Shown here: piece by piece, positions 35,032-43,714 of the stretch
Layout of the letters: every line of letters starts with the position of its first letter
Numbering within the stretch: the stretch's first letter is position 1
Origin: Verrucomicrobiota bacterium
Lineage (GTDB): Bacteria > Verrucomicrobiota > Verrucomicrobiia > Limisphaerales > SXQI01
DNA length: 64,000 bases
Direction: 5' to 3'
Assembly: GCA_033762115.1 (NCBI GenBank)
Contig: JANRLX010000103.1
Location: 18,387 to 82,386 of the forward strand
Notes under the pieces: generated by a model
Seen by the model: only the letters and a program-made list of their open reading frames with translations
What the model was told of the DNA's origin: nothing
Databases searched by the model: none
Made by a program: the position numbers and the translations under genes

Positions 35032-35442
35032 TCAGGCGGAGAGCACTTTTTTCACAAGGCGGACCAGGTCCTTGGGAAGAAACGGTTTGGCGATAAACGC
35101 GTCAGGTTGCAAGGTATGCTGACGAAGGATTTCAGTGCCGACATTTCCACTGTAAAGCACGGACCGAAGCCCCGGTTCCAAGTCCTTGCAGCGGGCGAGC
35201 AATTCCATTCCGTTGAGCGGGTGCATCACGTAATCTGTCAGGAGCAGGTCAGGTCGCTCCTCCGCTGTCAGGAATGCCTCGTAGGCATCCTTCGGGTTCT
35301 CGAAATAACGGCATTTGAACCCTTCCATTCCCAGGATCACCTCGACCACTTCTCCGACCATTCGCTCATCATCGACCACGTAAATCGAAGCGCCGCCGAC
35401 GGCTTTGGGGGCTTCAAAAGTTGGTAATGATGCCGTTAGCAT
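35032..35442 (-). CDS. Stand-alone response-regulator receiver (CheY-like)
   Basis: 'IYVVDDE', 'DLLLTDYVMHPLNG', 'VLYSG', 'FIAKPF'. No output domain. Confidence 0.85.
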   Translation of the reverse strand: MLTASLPTFEAPKAVGGASIYVVDDERMVGEVVEVILGMEGFKCRYFENPKDAYEAFLTAEERPDLLLTDYVMHPLNGMELLARCKDLEPGLRSVLYSGNVGTEILRQHTLQPDAFIAKPFLPKDLVRLVKKVLSA

Positions 35443-35658
35443 ACGGCCCTCAGTCCTAACATATCGGGCTCCCCCCGCAAGGAATAAAAATGAGAAATTT
35501 TTGCGTGCGAAAAATCGATAAAATCCCCTGACTTTTCACCTGATTTGGATGATTCAACCGATCAGGAACCTTGAAATAAAACTGAGTTTTCAGAAGGCTG
35601 AGGTGTTGGTTGGCATGCAATGCCCCACTGTTCCATAGAATGGTTGGTCAACTCCCCC

Positions 35659-36816
35659 TCAATTGTTTGTGCTTAGGGGCGATGGGTGGTCAGCGGCCAC
35701 GCTGGCAGCAAGTTTTTCCAGGTAATATGCGGCGTCTGTTTTGGCTTTGTCGGAAAGTGCCAGCGCGGGAACTATCGCAAATGGCTTGAACTGGCGCATG
35801 GGTGAATCCGCCGCATTCAATTTTTCGAGGACTCCCGGCCCAAGAATTCCGGCAAAGGCCAGGCACGGTTTTTCAAGTTCTTCACACAGTTGCGCGATGT
35901 GCCCCACTCCCTTACCCATGAGCGTTTGCGCATCAATCGCCCCTTCTCCCGTCAGGACAATCGCGGCTTCCTGCACCCGCTCCCTGATTTTGGAAAGACC
36001 GCTGAAGAGGTCTGCGCCTGACTCGAAAACTCCGCCGAGAAATGCCTTTAATCCATACGACAATCCGCCCGCCGCGCCTGTTCCCGGTTCAGCAGACAAC
36101 GGGCTGTTGCGCAACTGATCCATGCATGCGGCCAGCTGCCCCAGGCAACTTTCCGCCTGCGGATAATCCTCCGGGCGCACTCCCTTTTGCGGCCCATAAA
36201 TACGAGTTGCCCCATTCATTCCGAGCAAGGGATTCTGCACATCGACAGCGACGATCAGTTCCTCGAATTGAAGTTCTCTTGCAGGTGGCTCGACCCGCTT
36301 CAATTCAGAGAGCCCGGTCCATCGGGTGATTTCATTGCCTTGCTGATCAAGGAATCGCCAGCCAAGGGCATGGGCCAGGCCGAACCCGCCATCATTCGTC
36401 GAACTCCCGCCGACACCCACGAGGCATTTCCGCGCACCGACCGATGCGGGGGCACGAAAGAGCGCACCAAGGCCGAAGGTGTCCAGTTCAAAGGGATGAA
36501 ACTTTCCCGGTGGAAGCAAAGCCAGCCCGTTAACGTCCGCAGTCTCAATGATTGCCAGTCCTTCCTCCGGGGCGAACCAGAAACTGGCTTCACGCGGGCG
36601 ATGCGCAGCATCGACTGTGGTGACAGTGCGCCTCTCCGCCTTCAACAGGGCGGCAAAGACAGGGCCAAATCCATCGCCTCCATCGCTCATCGGCACCAGT
36701 TCCAGTTGATCGCCGGGATGAACAGATTGCCAGCCACGGGCAATCGCCTGTGCGGCGGCGGTCGCGGTCAGAGTGCCCTTGAATTTATCCGGGACGACAA
36801 GGATGCGCCTGCTCAT
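35659..36816 (-). CDS. Glycerate kinase
   Basis: 'RILVVPDKFKGTLTATAAAQAI', 'PMSDGGDG', 'VGVGGSSTNDGGFG', 'GAAGGL', 'IVLTGEGAIDAQTLMGK'. The ATGA start overlaps the kaiC stop. Confidence 0.9.
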   Translation of the reverse strand: MSRRILVVPDKFKGTLTATAAAQAIARGWQSVHPGDQLELVPMSDGGDGFGPVFAALLKAERRTVTTVDAAHRPREASFWFAPEEGLAIIETADVNGLALLPPGKFHPFELDTFGLGALFRAPASVGARKCLVGVGGSSTNDGGFGLAHALGWRFLDQQGNEITRWTGLSELKRVEPPARELQFEELIVAVDVQNPLLGMNGATRIYGPQKGVRPEDYPQAESCLGQLAACMDQLRNSPLSAEPGTGAAGGLSYGLKAFLGGVFESGADLFSGLSKIRERVQEAAIVLTGEGAIDAQTLMGKGVGHIAQLCEELEKPCLAFAGILGPGVLEKLNAADSPMRQFKPFAIVPALALSDKAKTDAAYYLEKLAASVAADHPSPLSTNN

Positions 36817-38327
36817 TCCTCCTCTTTGAAAAGTTCCCCGAGCGTTTCTATTTCGCTGGCAGGGCTGTGTCGCGGATGACCGGAAAGGATCCCGGTGACC
36901 TGGCGAAAAGGTTTGCCGAGGTGCATTCCCTTCGAGTCGATGGTGAATTCACGAATATCCTTGTCGTGCATCGAACCGCGCATTTTCAAAACGGTAAGCC
37001 CGCGTCGCATTTCGCCGAACATTTCCACATAACGCAGGAGAATGATCGAGTCTGTAATGGTGGAAATGTGCGCTTCGGTGACTGATGCGCCACCAAGGAG
37101 TGTGGGAGTGGTGGCGGTAAAAAGACCGGCAATTTCCTGGTGCTTGATAAATGAGGTGAGCCCAATCACGAATTCCCGGAAATTCCGCACGGATGTGACC
37201 CGCTCCAGCGCAGATAAGCTATCAACAGCAACGCGTTGCGGTTTGTATTCTTCCATCACCCGTTTCATGGAGATGAGATGGTCCTCCATTCCCGCCACTT
37301 CCGGGTAGGTGCACACCACCTTGAGCAATCCCCGATTTTCATAATCCGCGAAATCGACTCCCCAGCCGTTGGAATTGCGGAACAGCTGCTCACGGCTTTC
37401 CTCAAAGGCAAAGAGCAGGCAGCGTTCTCCAGCGGCGGCCCCTCCGCCGAGGAATTCCGTGGCCAAAAGCGTTTTGCCAGTGCCAGTGGCCCCTGAAATC
37501 AGGATGATCGAATCCCGAAAAAAACCGCCGCCACACATCCGGTCCAGTTCGGCGCTGCCGGAATTGATGCGAAAATTCGAGCTTTTCTGTTTCAGTTCGA
37601 TGGCGGCGAGGGGAATGACTTCGATCCCCTGCTCCGGAGTGATGGTAAAAGGGTATTCCCCTTTTTGATGATTTGTGCCACGGAACTTCAGGATTTCGAT
37701 GGTGCGGCGCCGTTTCTCCTGCTCCAGGACGTTCCTGAGGATGATGACATTGTCCGCGACAAATTCCTCCACGCTGTAGCGGGCGATTTCGCCATATTCC
37801 TCAACCCGTTCACAGGTCATGACCGTGGTCATGCTTTTGGTGCGAAGGTGGTTGGAAATCCGGAACAGATCGCGGCGAACGATGGTGCTGTCGGTGAATT
37901 GGGTGAAGATCGCGCCGAGGGAATCCAGTGCAGCGCGACGCGCCTGAATGCGGTTCAGGGCATGGTCGATGCGCAGCATCAAGGCTCCCAGGTCGAACTC
38001 TCCCACAACAACCATCGGTTCACCGGGAGGAGGCGAAGCATCCACAAAAATCCATTTGCCTTCCTTTTCCCAGGTGGTGATCGGCCAGCCGAAAGCCTGC
38101 ATGTTGCGGCGGATATCCTCAGCCGATTCCTCGAACGTGACAAAGACGCCGGGCTGATTGAACTTTTTGATCCCTTCCGCGAGGAATTGTGCTGCAAAGA
38201 CAGTTTTGGCGCTTCCTGCAGTACCGCACACCAGGGTGGTGCGCCCCTCGGGAAGACCGCCAGCGGCAATCAGGTCAAAGCCATTGATTCCGGTCGGGTT
38301 CTTCTGAATCGCTATCGTTTCGTTCAT
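36813..38327 (-). CDS. kaiC: Circadian-clock-type double RecA-fold ATPase KaiC
   Basis: Two KaiC domains. CI has 'CGTAGSAKT' and 'VTFEES'. CII has 'SGATGTGKT' and 'FAFEES'. The phosphosite context 'EAHISTITDSIILLRYVE' and 'LKMRGSMHDKDIREF' are also present. Confidence 0.9.
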   Translation of the reverse strand: MNETIAIQKNPTGINGFDLIAAGGLPEGRTTLVCGTAGSAKTVFAAQFLAEGIKKFNQPGVFVTFEESAEDIRRNMQAFGWPITTWEKEGKWIFVDASPPPGEPMVVVGEFDLGALMLRIDHALNRIQARRAALDSLGAIFTQFTDSTIVRRDLFRISNHLRTKSMTTVMTCERVEEYGEIARYSVEEFVADNVIILRNVLEQEKRRRTIEILKFRGTNHQKGEYPFTITPEQGIEVIPLAAIELKQKSSNFRINSGSAELDRMCGGGFFRDSIILISGATGTGKTLLATEFLGGGAAAGERCLLFAFEESREQLFRNSNGWGVDFADYENRGLLKVVCTYPEVAGMEDHLISMKRVMEEYKPQRVAVDSLSALERVTSVRNFREFVIGLTSFIKHQEIAGLFTATTPTLLGGASVTEAHISTITDSIILLRYVEMFGEMRRGLTVLKMRGSMHDKDIREFTIDSKGMHLGKPFRQVTGILSGHPRHSPASEIETLGELFKEEE

Positions 38328-38614
38328 CCGTTTGACTTTTGTTCTGGCATGATCCCGATACTGATCAGGATCTTCTGGATATTCGTAAAATCTCCTATCA
38401 GGCGGCGCAATGGTTGCGGTTCACATTTGATGAGCATTGGCACTGCAAGGACATGGTTTTTCTCCAACTCCTCAGGGTGAAGGTCAATGTCCACCACTTC
38501 GAGTTCGAAGCCAGAGGTTAGATGTGTGGAAAAGCCCTGGTTCAAGCGTTGCACAAGGTTTTGGTTTCCCTCCTGTCCGCCTTTGATAAATAGCTTGAAC
38601 CGGTATGAACTCAT
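38324..38614 (-). CDS. kaiB: KaiB
   Basis: 'FKLFIKGG...', 'LEVVDI..HPELEKNHVLAVPMLIK..P.PLRRLIGDF'. 96 aa. ATGA overlaps on both sides. Confidence 0.9.
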   Translation of the reverse strand: MSSYRFKLFIKGGQEGNQNLVQRLNQGFSTHLTSGFELEVVDIDLHPEELEKNHVLAVPMLIKCEPQPLRRLIGDFTNIQKILISIGIMPEQKSNG

Positions 38615-39708
38615 GCCCGCCCGGACACCGCGCTTCTCCTGCGATAAATCGCCAGCAGTTGTCCCATCAATTCAATTAATAAAAATCTTCCGACACGCAC
38701 ATACGGTTTGGCTTTTGCAGATTCCCCCAGGTGACCCACCCTGGCGGTGATCGTCCCATGATGCAGTCGCACCACATCCCTCGGACCCGCCAGCCCGGCT
38801 GCCAGTTCCTCGGAAATGACCCTGAGCCGCTCGGAAATATTATGCTCCACCTTATAGGTTTCCTGCTCCAGTTTCAGTTGCAACACTTCCCAATATTGCT
38901 GGAGCAGTTGTTCCCATTCCTGGGCGCCAAACTTTTGTTCAACCTCAGAGAACTGTTCAAGAGAACGAATTTCCCCCTGGTAGGAGGATTCCTGAGCTTG
39001 TAATTCCGTAACATCGGTAATGATCATTGCCTCGGCTGCATTCCCTCCCCAGGTCAGCGGATGCCGCACAACCGTGACTTGCAGACGCGCTCCGTTTTTG
39101 TCCTGGTGCACCGCGGATTCTTCATCTCCCTCCCGCCGGCTGCTGATGATCAGGTCGGCTTCATTGAGATGGGTCAGTTCCTCCTGTGAATAGCCGTAAA
39201 GGCGGAATGCAGCAGGATTTGCCAGCAGGATTTTCCGCTCTTTCGCATCGGCAATCCATACCGGCAACGGATTGCTTTCAAAAAAGGTCCGGTACCGCCC
39301 TTCGCTTTCCCGCAGTTGCTTCAAGGTCTGGTTATGGCGCAGGTACGCTCGAATGCGCGCGATCAGTTCGCGATTGGTCAGTGGATGGACCAGGTAACCA
39401 TCCGCTCCCTGTTCAAGCCCTTCGACAAAGTCATCCTCACGGGTACTCAGCGCGGTGAGATGCACGATGAATAAATGCCGGAGTAAAGGGTCCGCCCGGA
39501 TCAGTTTGACCACTTCAAAGCCGCTCATGTCCGGCAACTGCACATCAAGCAAAACAAGATCCGGCTGAAGCGAGGCTGCCTTCTCCAGGGCTTCTTTCCC
39601 GGAGCTGGCAACGGTTACCTGGTATCCAGCCGAAGAGATGATCCGCGAGAGTGCATAGCGCGTCGGTTCATCATCATCCACAATCAGGATTTTTTCGGCG
39701 GGATTCAT
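38611..39708 (-). CDS. Response-regulator receiver + PAS + C-terminal helical (RsbU_N-like) domain protein
   Basis: Receiver 'ILIVDDDE...DLVLLDVQLPDMSG...HLTA'. PAS 'GRYRTFFESNPLPVWIAD...ANPAAFRLYGYSQEEL'. C-terminus 'PRDVVRLHHGTI...GRFLLIELMGQLLAIYRR' resembles B. subtilis RsbU N-domain 'PEEIISIHRKVL...LDFLIEVMIGYGMAYQE'. Confidence 0.75.
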   Translation of the reverse strand: MNPAEKILIVDDDEPTRYALSRIISSAGYQVTVASSGKEALEKAASLQPDLVLLDVQLPDMSGFEVVKLIRADPLLRHLFIVHLTALSTREDDFVEGLEQGADGYLVHPLTNRELIARIRAYLRHNQTLKQLRESEGRYRTFFESNPLPVWIADAKERKILLANPAAFRLYGYSQEELTHLNEADLIISSRREGDEESAVHQDKNGARLQVTVVRHPLTWGGNAAEAMIITDVTELQAQESSYQGEIRSLEQFSEVEQKFGAQEWEQLLQQYWEVLQLKLEQETYKVEHNISERLRVISEELAAGLAGPRDVVRLHHGTITARVGHLGESAKAKPYVRVGRFLLIELMGQLLAIYRRRSAVSGRA

Positions 39709-39729
39709 ATTAGGGTCGCAGGCCGGAAT

Positions 39730-40803
39730 CTAATTTGGCCAGCGCCCATTCGGCATCGGTTTCGGGGCAAATGCGGAAGGATCAAGCACCAGATGCTTGA
39801 TCATGCGGCGGTTCCAGGTGTAGGTGACATGGACCATCCGGTCCGCAGTCTGGATGACCGCTGGATAGGAGAATTCAGAGCCGGGACTGTTTTCCAGGAC
39901 GGCTACTGCTGACCATTTTTTGCCGTCGGTTGAAATTGCCACATTCAGTACGCCGCGTCCCTGGGTGGTGTGGTTGTACACGAGCAACTGCCTGCCATCA
40001 CGCAGGCGCAATCCATCAATGCCACTGTTGGGGTTCGGCAGGTCTGTCTTGGTCATGCGCCCCCATGTTTTGCCCCAATCGCTGCTCCAGGCTTCTGCAA
40101 TGGCATCCTGTTTGGTGCGGGCAAGGATCTGCAATACCCCGTCATTGTGTTCGAGAATGGTCGGTTGGATCGCGCCAAAATCAATCGAACGATTAATCGA
40201 ATCGGTTTTGGTCCATTCCTTGAAATTTTTGGTTCGTTCCATGTGAACGCGCCAGCCATTGTCCTCCGTGCTGGAACCGCTGAGAATCGTGCCGTCCGGA
40301 AGTTGAATCGGCTTGTTTTTGATCGGGCCCAGGATGCCATCCGGCAGGCGCTTTGCCCTGGACCAGGTGCGGCCATTGTCTTTCGAGGTTTTCATCATTC
40401 CCCACCAGTTTTCGGGGGAGGGACCTTCCTTGTAGAACAGGGTCAATGGACCATCCTTTGGGCGAAACAGCACCGGGTTCCATAACGGATAACGCACCCG
40501 TTCCTCGTCATTCTGACCGTTGGCGACTTCCACAGGCGCTGACCATCCATTCCCTTCATTTCGTGAAAGCCAGATGCTCACATCCAGGTTTCCTTCATCA
40601 CTTCCCCCGAACCAGGCCGCTATCAAAACATCCATCGATTCAACCAGGGTGGAGGCATGGCAGGAGGGGGTGGGCATGGGGTTGGCGATGTATTCGCTGG
40701 AAACGATGGTCTGGCCGCTGCGTTGAGCCCAGGACCAGTGTGGAAGGGTCCAGGCAGCCAGCAGCGCAAAAAGGAGGCGCAAATTCTTCATACCCAAGTT
40801 CAT
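39730..40803 (-). CDS. Exo-alpha-sialidase / BNR (Asp-box) repeat glycoside hydrolase, secreted
   Basis: Asp-boxes 'SRNEGNGWS', 'SKDNGRTWS', 'SSDWGKTWG', 'STDGKKWS'. Signal peptide 'MKNLRLLFALLAAW'. Start uncertain: ATG 40803 or 40791, track TTG 40842. Confidence 0.8.
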   Translation of the reverse strand: MNLGMKNLRLLFALLAAWTLPHWSWAQRSGQTIVSSEYIANPMPTPSCHASTLVESMDVLIAAWFGGSDEGNLDVSIWLSRNEGNGWSAPVEVANGQNDEERVRYPLWNPVLFRPKDGPLTLFYKEGPSPENWWGMMKTSKDNGRTWSRAKRLPDGILGPIKNKPIQLPDGTILSGSSTEDNGWRVHMERTKNFKEWTKTDSINRSIDFGAIQPTILEHNDGVLQILARTKQDAIAEAWSSDWGKTWGRMTKTDLPNPNSGIDGLRLRDGRQLLVYNHTTQGRGVLNVAISTDGKKWSAVAVLENSPGSEFSYPAVIQTADRMVHVTYTWNRRMIKHLVLDPSAFAPKPMPNGRWPN

Positions 40804-40844
40804 AAAACAGGAGCCATCATCAATACAAGCAAGAGCGCACAAAT

Positions 40845-41501
40845 TTAATGGTCCAGCGTGGTGATCCCCTCACGAATGGCATATTTTGTCAGCTCGGCAA
40901 CCGTATAAATTTCCAGTTTGTCCATCAAATGCTGGCGATGCGTTTCCACGGTTTTTGCACTGAGATGCAACTCAGCGGCAATTTCCTTGGTTCCTTTCCC
41001 TTCGGACATCAATTGCAGAACTTCCCGTTCCCGTTCAGTCAGGCGGGGGGTGATAAGCAATTCAGGTGAGCTGGTTTGGAGCATGAAATCCTCCACATCA
41101 AGTCCCGCGATTTTTGGCAGGACATAAGTTTGTTCCCGGACCACTGTGCGAATGGCATTTGCCAAATCCTCCAGGGCTGCGTCCTTGAGGATGTACCCGG
41201 AAGCGCCCGCGCGAAACATTTCCACAACAAACTGTTTGTCCGAGTGCATGGAAAGCGCCACCACCTTTGTGCCGGGGCTGCGGGAAATAATTTGCCGGGT
41301 GGCGTCAATGCCGTTCAGGTCTGGCATGGACACATCCATCACCACAATGTCAGGAGACAATTTTTGAGTCAGTTGAATGGCGGTGCGGCCGTTCTCAGTT
41401 TGTGCAATCACTGACAGGCCCGCATGTTTTTCCAGCAATGAAGCGAGCCCCTCGCGCATGAGTTTATGATCATCCACGAGTATAATCCGAATATTCATCA
41501 A
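40845..41501 (-). CDS. NarL/FixJ (LuxR-type HTH) response regulator
   Basis: 'IRIILVDDHKLMREGL', 'DIVVMDVSMPDLNG', 'LTEREREVLQLMSEGKGTKEIAAELHLSAKTVETHRQHLMDKL'. Confidence 0.9.
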   Translation of the reverse strand: MMNIRIILVDDHKLMREGLASLLEKHAGLSVIAQTENGRTAIQLTQKLSPDIVVMDVSMPDLNGIDATRQIISRSPGTKVVALSMHSDKQFVVEMFRAGASGYILKDAALEDLANAIRTVVREQTYVLPKIAGLDVEDFMLQTSSPELLITPRLTEREREVLQLMSEGKGTKEIAAELHLSAKTVETHRQHLMDKLEIYTVAELTKYAIREGITTLDH

Positions 41502-43714
41502 CCTGCTCCTCCTGTTTCGTTCAGCTTGAGGGGAGCAATCAAGGTAATCCGTGTTCCTCTCCCCTCCTCGGAGCGAATCTTAACCTGCCCTCCCAAATAT
41601 TCAACGCGTTCCCGAATATTAAACAATCCAAACCCGCTGCCTGAATCGCTTCGCACCTGGATCGTCGCCGGATCAAAACCCAGCCCATCATCCTCGATCA
41701 GGATCCGGATCGCATCACTGTCACGCCGGATCAGCACCTGCGCATGGGTGGCGTGCGCATGCTTGACCACATTGACCAGCAATTCACGAACCGCCTGAAA
41801 AAGCACAATGCGAAAATCTTCATCCAGCGGCTTGGGCTGGCCATCATCCTGGAAACGCATCGACAATCCATGCTCCTGCTTGAACTTTCGCGCCAGCCAT
41901 TCGACTGCTGGCACCAGCCCCAACTCATAAAGCACCGGCGGACTCAGTTCAAAGGTGAGGGAACGGGTGTCCACAATCGCCTGTTCGATCAACGCCCGAA
42001 TTTCGCTCAACTGATTGTCTGCGCCATTGCCATTATTGGACTGGCTGTAAGTGCCCAGCTTTAATCGGGCAAAAGCAAGGGTCTGGCCGATCCGGTCGTG
42101 AAGGTTGGTGGCAATGGAGCGCCGTTCCCTTTCTTCGCTCAGGGAAAGTTCCGAGGCCAGGGATTGCAGCCGCTCCTGGTAGGCGATCAGCTTCTCCTCA
42201 TTTTTTTTCCGTTCGTTGATGTTCTCGATCATTGCCACCGCAAAAAGTGGCCGCTGCTCGGGGTCACGGATCAGGGACATGGTCAGGTGCCCCCAGACCA
42301 TGGATTTGCGCCGCGTGATAAAACGTTGTTCCACCTGGAGACTTTCCATTTCCCCATCAAAGAGATTGGAGGTGTCCAATTGCTCATGCCCATCTCCCGG
42401 CCAGGTAATCTGGCTGAAATGCTGGCCCAGCAATTCCTTTTCACTGTAACCCAGCATGCGGCAAAACGCATTGTTGACCTTGGTGATCTCCATCTGCACA
42501 CCACAAAGAAGCATGGCAATCGGACCTTCCTCGAAAATTTTTCGGAACGCCTCTTCACTTTCGCGCAACGCTTTTTCGACCTGCATCCGTTCAGTCACAT
42601 CCCGCGCAATGACGAGATAACGTTCCGGTTCTCCCCTCTCGATATTTAAGGGGCTGACAATCACGTGCCACCATTTTGGAGTGCCTTTGAGAGTGGGCCA
42701 GTAGGCATGGAACGTGGCCTGTTTCTGCTGTTTCGCATCTTCAAAAGCCGCCACTGCCGCGTCAAAATCCGCGCCGGTGAAGGAATTGAGCCAGGAACGG
42801 TCCTCCAGTGCCCCTTCCCCAAGCTCAATCAATTCACGTCCTTTTTCATTGATGAATTTGATGGAACCTTTCCTGTCCAGCAGCGCAATGCAATCGTTAT
42901 TGCAATGAATGACTTTTTCATTCAGTTCCTGGGTGGAGCGGAGGTGCCATTCCACCTCCTCACGCCGCCTGACTTCCAGTTCCAGTTCCCTCCGTGCCTC
43001 TTCGCATTCAGCCGCCCGTGAATGCGATTCATGGGCAAAATGGGTGATGAACGGCAGCAGAAGCGCGGCAATGATTCCGCCTGCCAGCGCCAGCTCCGGG
43101 ATGGGAGAGCGGAGCGTGGGGACTAACCCTTCCCAAAGCTGAAGGGTTCCCAATGCAATGGAAAGCCCAACCGGCAGGGGAATCCATGCCGGAAACGGGC
43201 TGTGCGGAGAACGCCCCTGCAACCAGGCAGCCCGAAAAACCGGCGCCGCCTGAAACAGGAACCCGAGCGCCAGCGAAAGGGTCATGTACCCGCCCTCGCG
43301 AACCGGCGCAAAGAGCGCGAGGGCGATTGAAGTGAACCCCAGCGCTAGCGTCACTGAGGAGGTAAGCCCCAGCAACCGGATCCGATTGGAAATGGTTTGC
43401 GGAATTCCGAGAATGATCGATCCCAGGGCTCCCAGGACCAGGGCAAGAAGTTCTCCACCCATCTTTTCCACTCCGAAATAACCCACCCCAGTGACAGCTA
43501 CAATCGCGGCGGCGCTTCCAGAAAGCAGTTGCAGCCGCGGAACCTGCTCCAATAATTGCCCGAGCCCAAGCCACACCAGCCCAAAAGCAATCCACCGTTC
43601 CGGCGTGGAAGCTCCAGCCACCACCTGCCATCCTGCCAGGAAAATCACCGCCAGTGCGCATCCGCTTGCAAAGGCGCTTTTATCCAGCAATCGATTTTGG
43701 TCACACTGGCTCAT
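41498..43714 (-). CDS. Multi-TM sensor histidine kinase (2 x PAS, HisKA_3, HATPase_c)
   Basis: About 8 hydrophobic helices, two PAS blocks, H-box 'NLHDRIGQTLAFARL', 'LLVNVVKHA', 'DDGLGFD', 'GFGLFNIRERV'. Start placed at ATG 43714, which forms an ATGA overlap with the upstream gene. The track start 43786 is also possible. Confidence 0.85.
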   Translation of the reverse strand: MSQCDQNRLLDKSAFASGCALAVIFLAGWQVVAGASTPERWIAFGLVWLGLGQLLEQVPRLQLLSGSAAAIVAVTGVGYFGVEKMGGELLALVLGALGSIILGIPQTISNRIRLLGLTSSVTLALGFTSIALALFAPVREGGYMTLSLALGFLFQAAPVFRAAWLQGRSPHSPFPAWIPLPVGLSIALGTLQLWEGLVPTLRSPIPELALAGGIIAALLLPFITHFAHESHSRAAECEEARRELELEVRRREEVEWHLRSTQELNEKVIHCNNDCIALLDRKGSIKFINEKGRELIELGEGALEDRSWLNSFTGADFDAAVAAFEDAKQQKQATFHAYWPTLKGTPKWWHVIVSPLNIERGEPERYLVIARDVTERMQVEKALRESEEAFRKIFEEGPIAMLLCGVQMEITKVNNAFCRMLGYSEKELLGQHFSQITWPGDGHEQLDTSNLFDGEMESLQVEQRFITRRKSMVWGHLTMSLIRDPEQRPLFAVAMIENINERKKNEEKLIAYQERLQSLASELSLSEERERRSIATNLHDRIGQTLAFARLKLGTYSQSNNGNGADNQLSEIRALIEQAIVDTRSLTFELSPPVLYELGLVPAVEWLARKFKQEHGLSMRFQDDGQPKPLDEDFRIVLFQAVRELLVNVVKHAHATHAQVLIRRDSDAIRILIEDDGLGFDPATIQVRSDSGSGFGLFNIRERVEYLGGQVKIRSEEGRGTRITLIAPLKLNETGGAG

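Noticed and set aside
37665-38480. 271-aa plus-strand ORF antisense to kaiC/kaiB (likewise 36187..36879 opposite glycerate kinase and 3119..3799 opposite lemA)
   Set aside because: These are shadow ORFs opposite strongly supported genes, with no motifs.
43029-43661. 210-aa minus-strand ORF in an alternative frame inside the sensor kinase gene
   Set aside because: It is on the same strand but out of frame with a continuous 738-aa kinase ORF. Its Gly/Ala/Arg-rich composition gives no evidence of overlapping coding.
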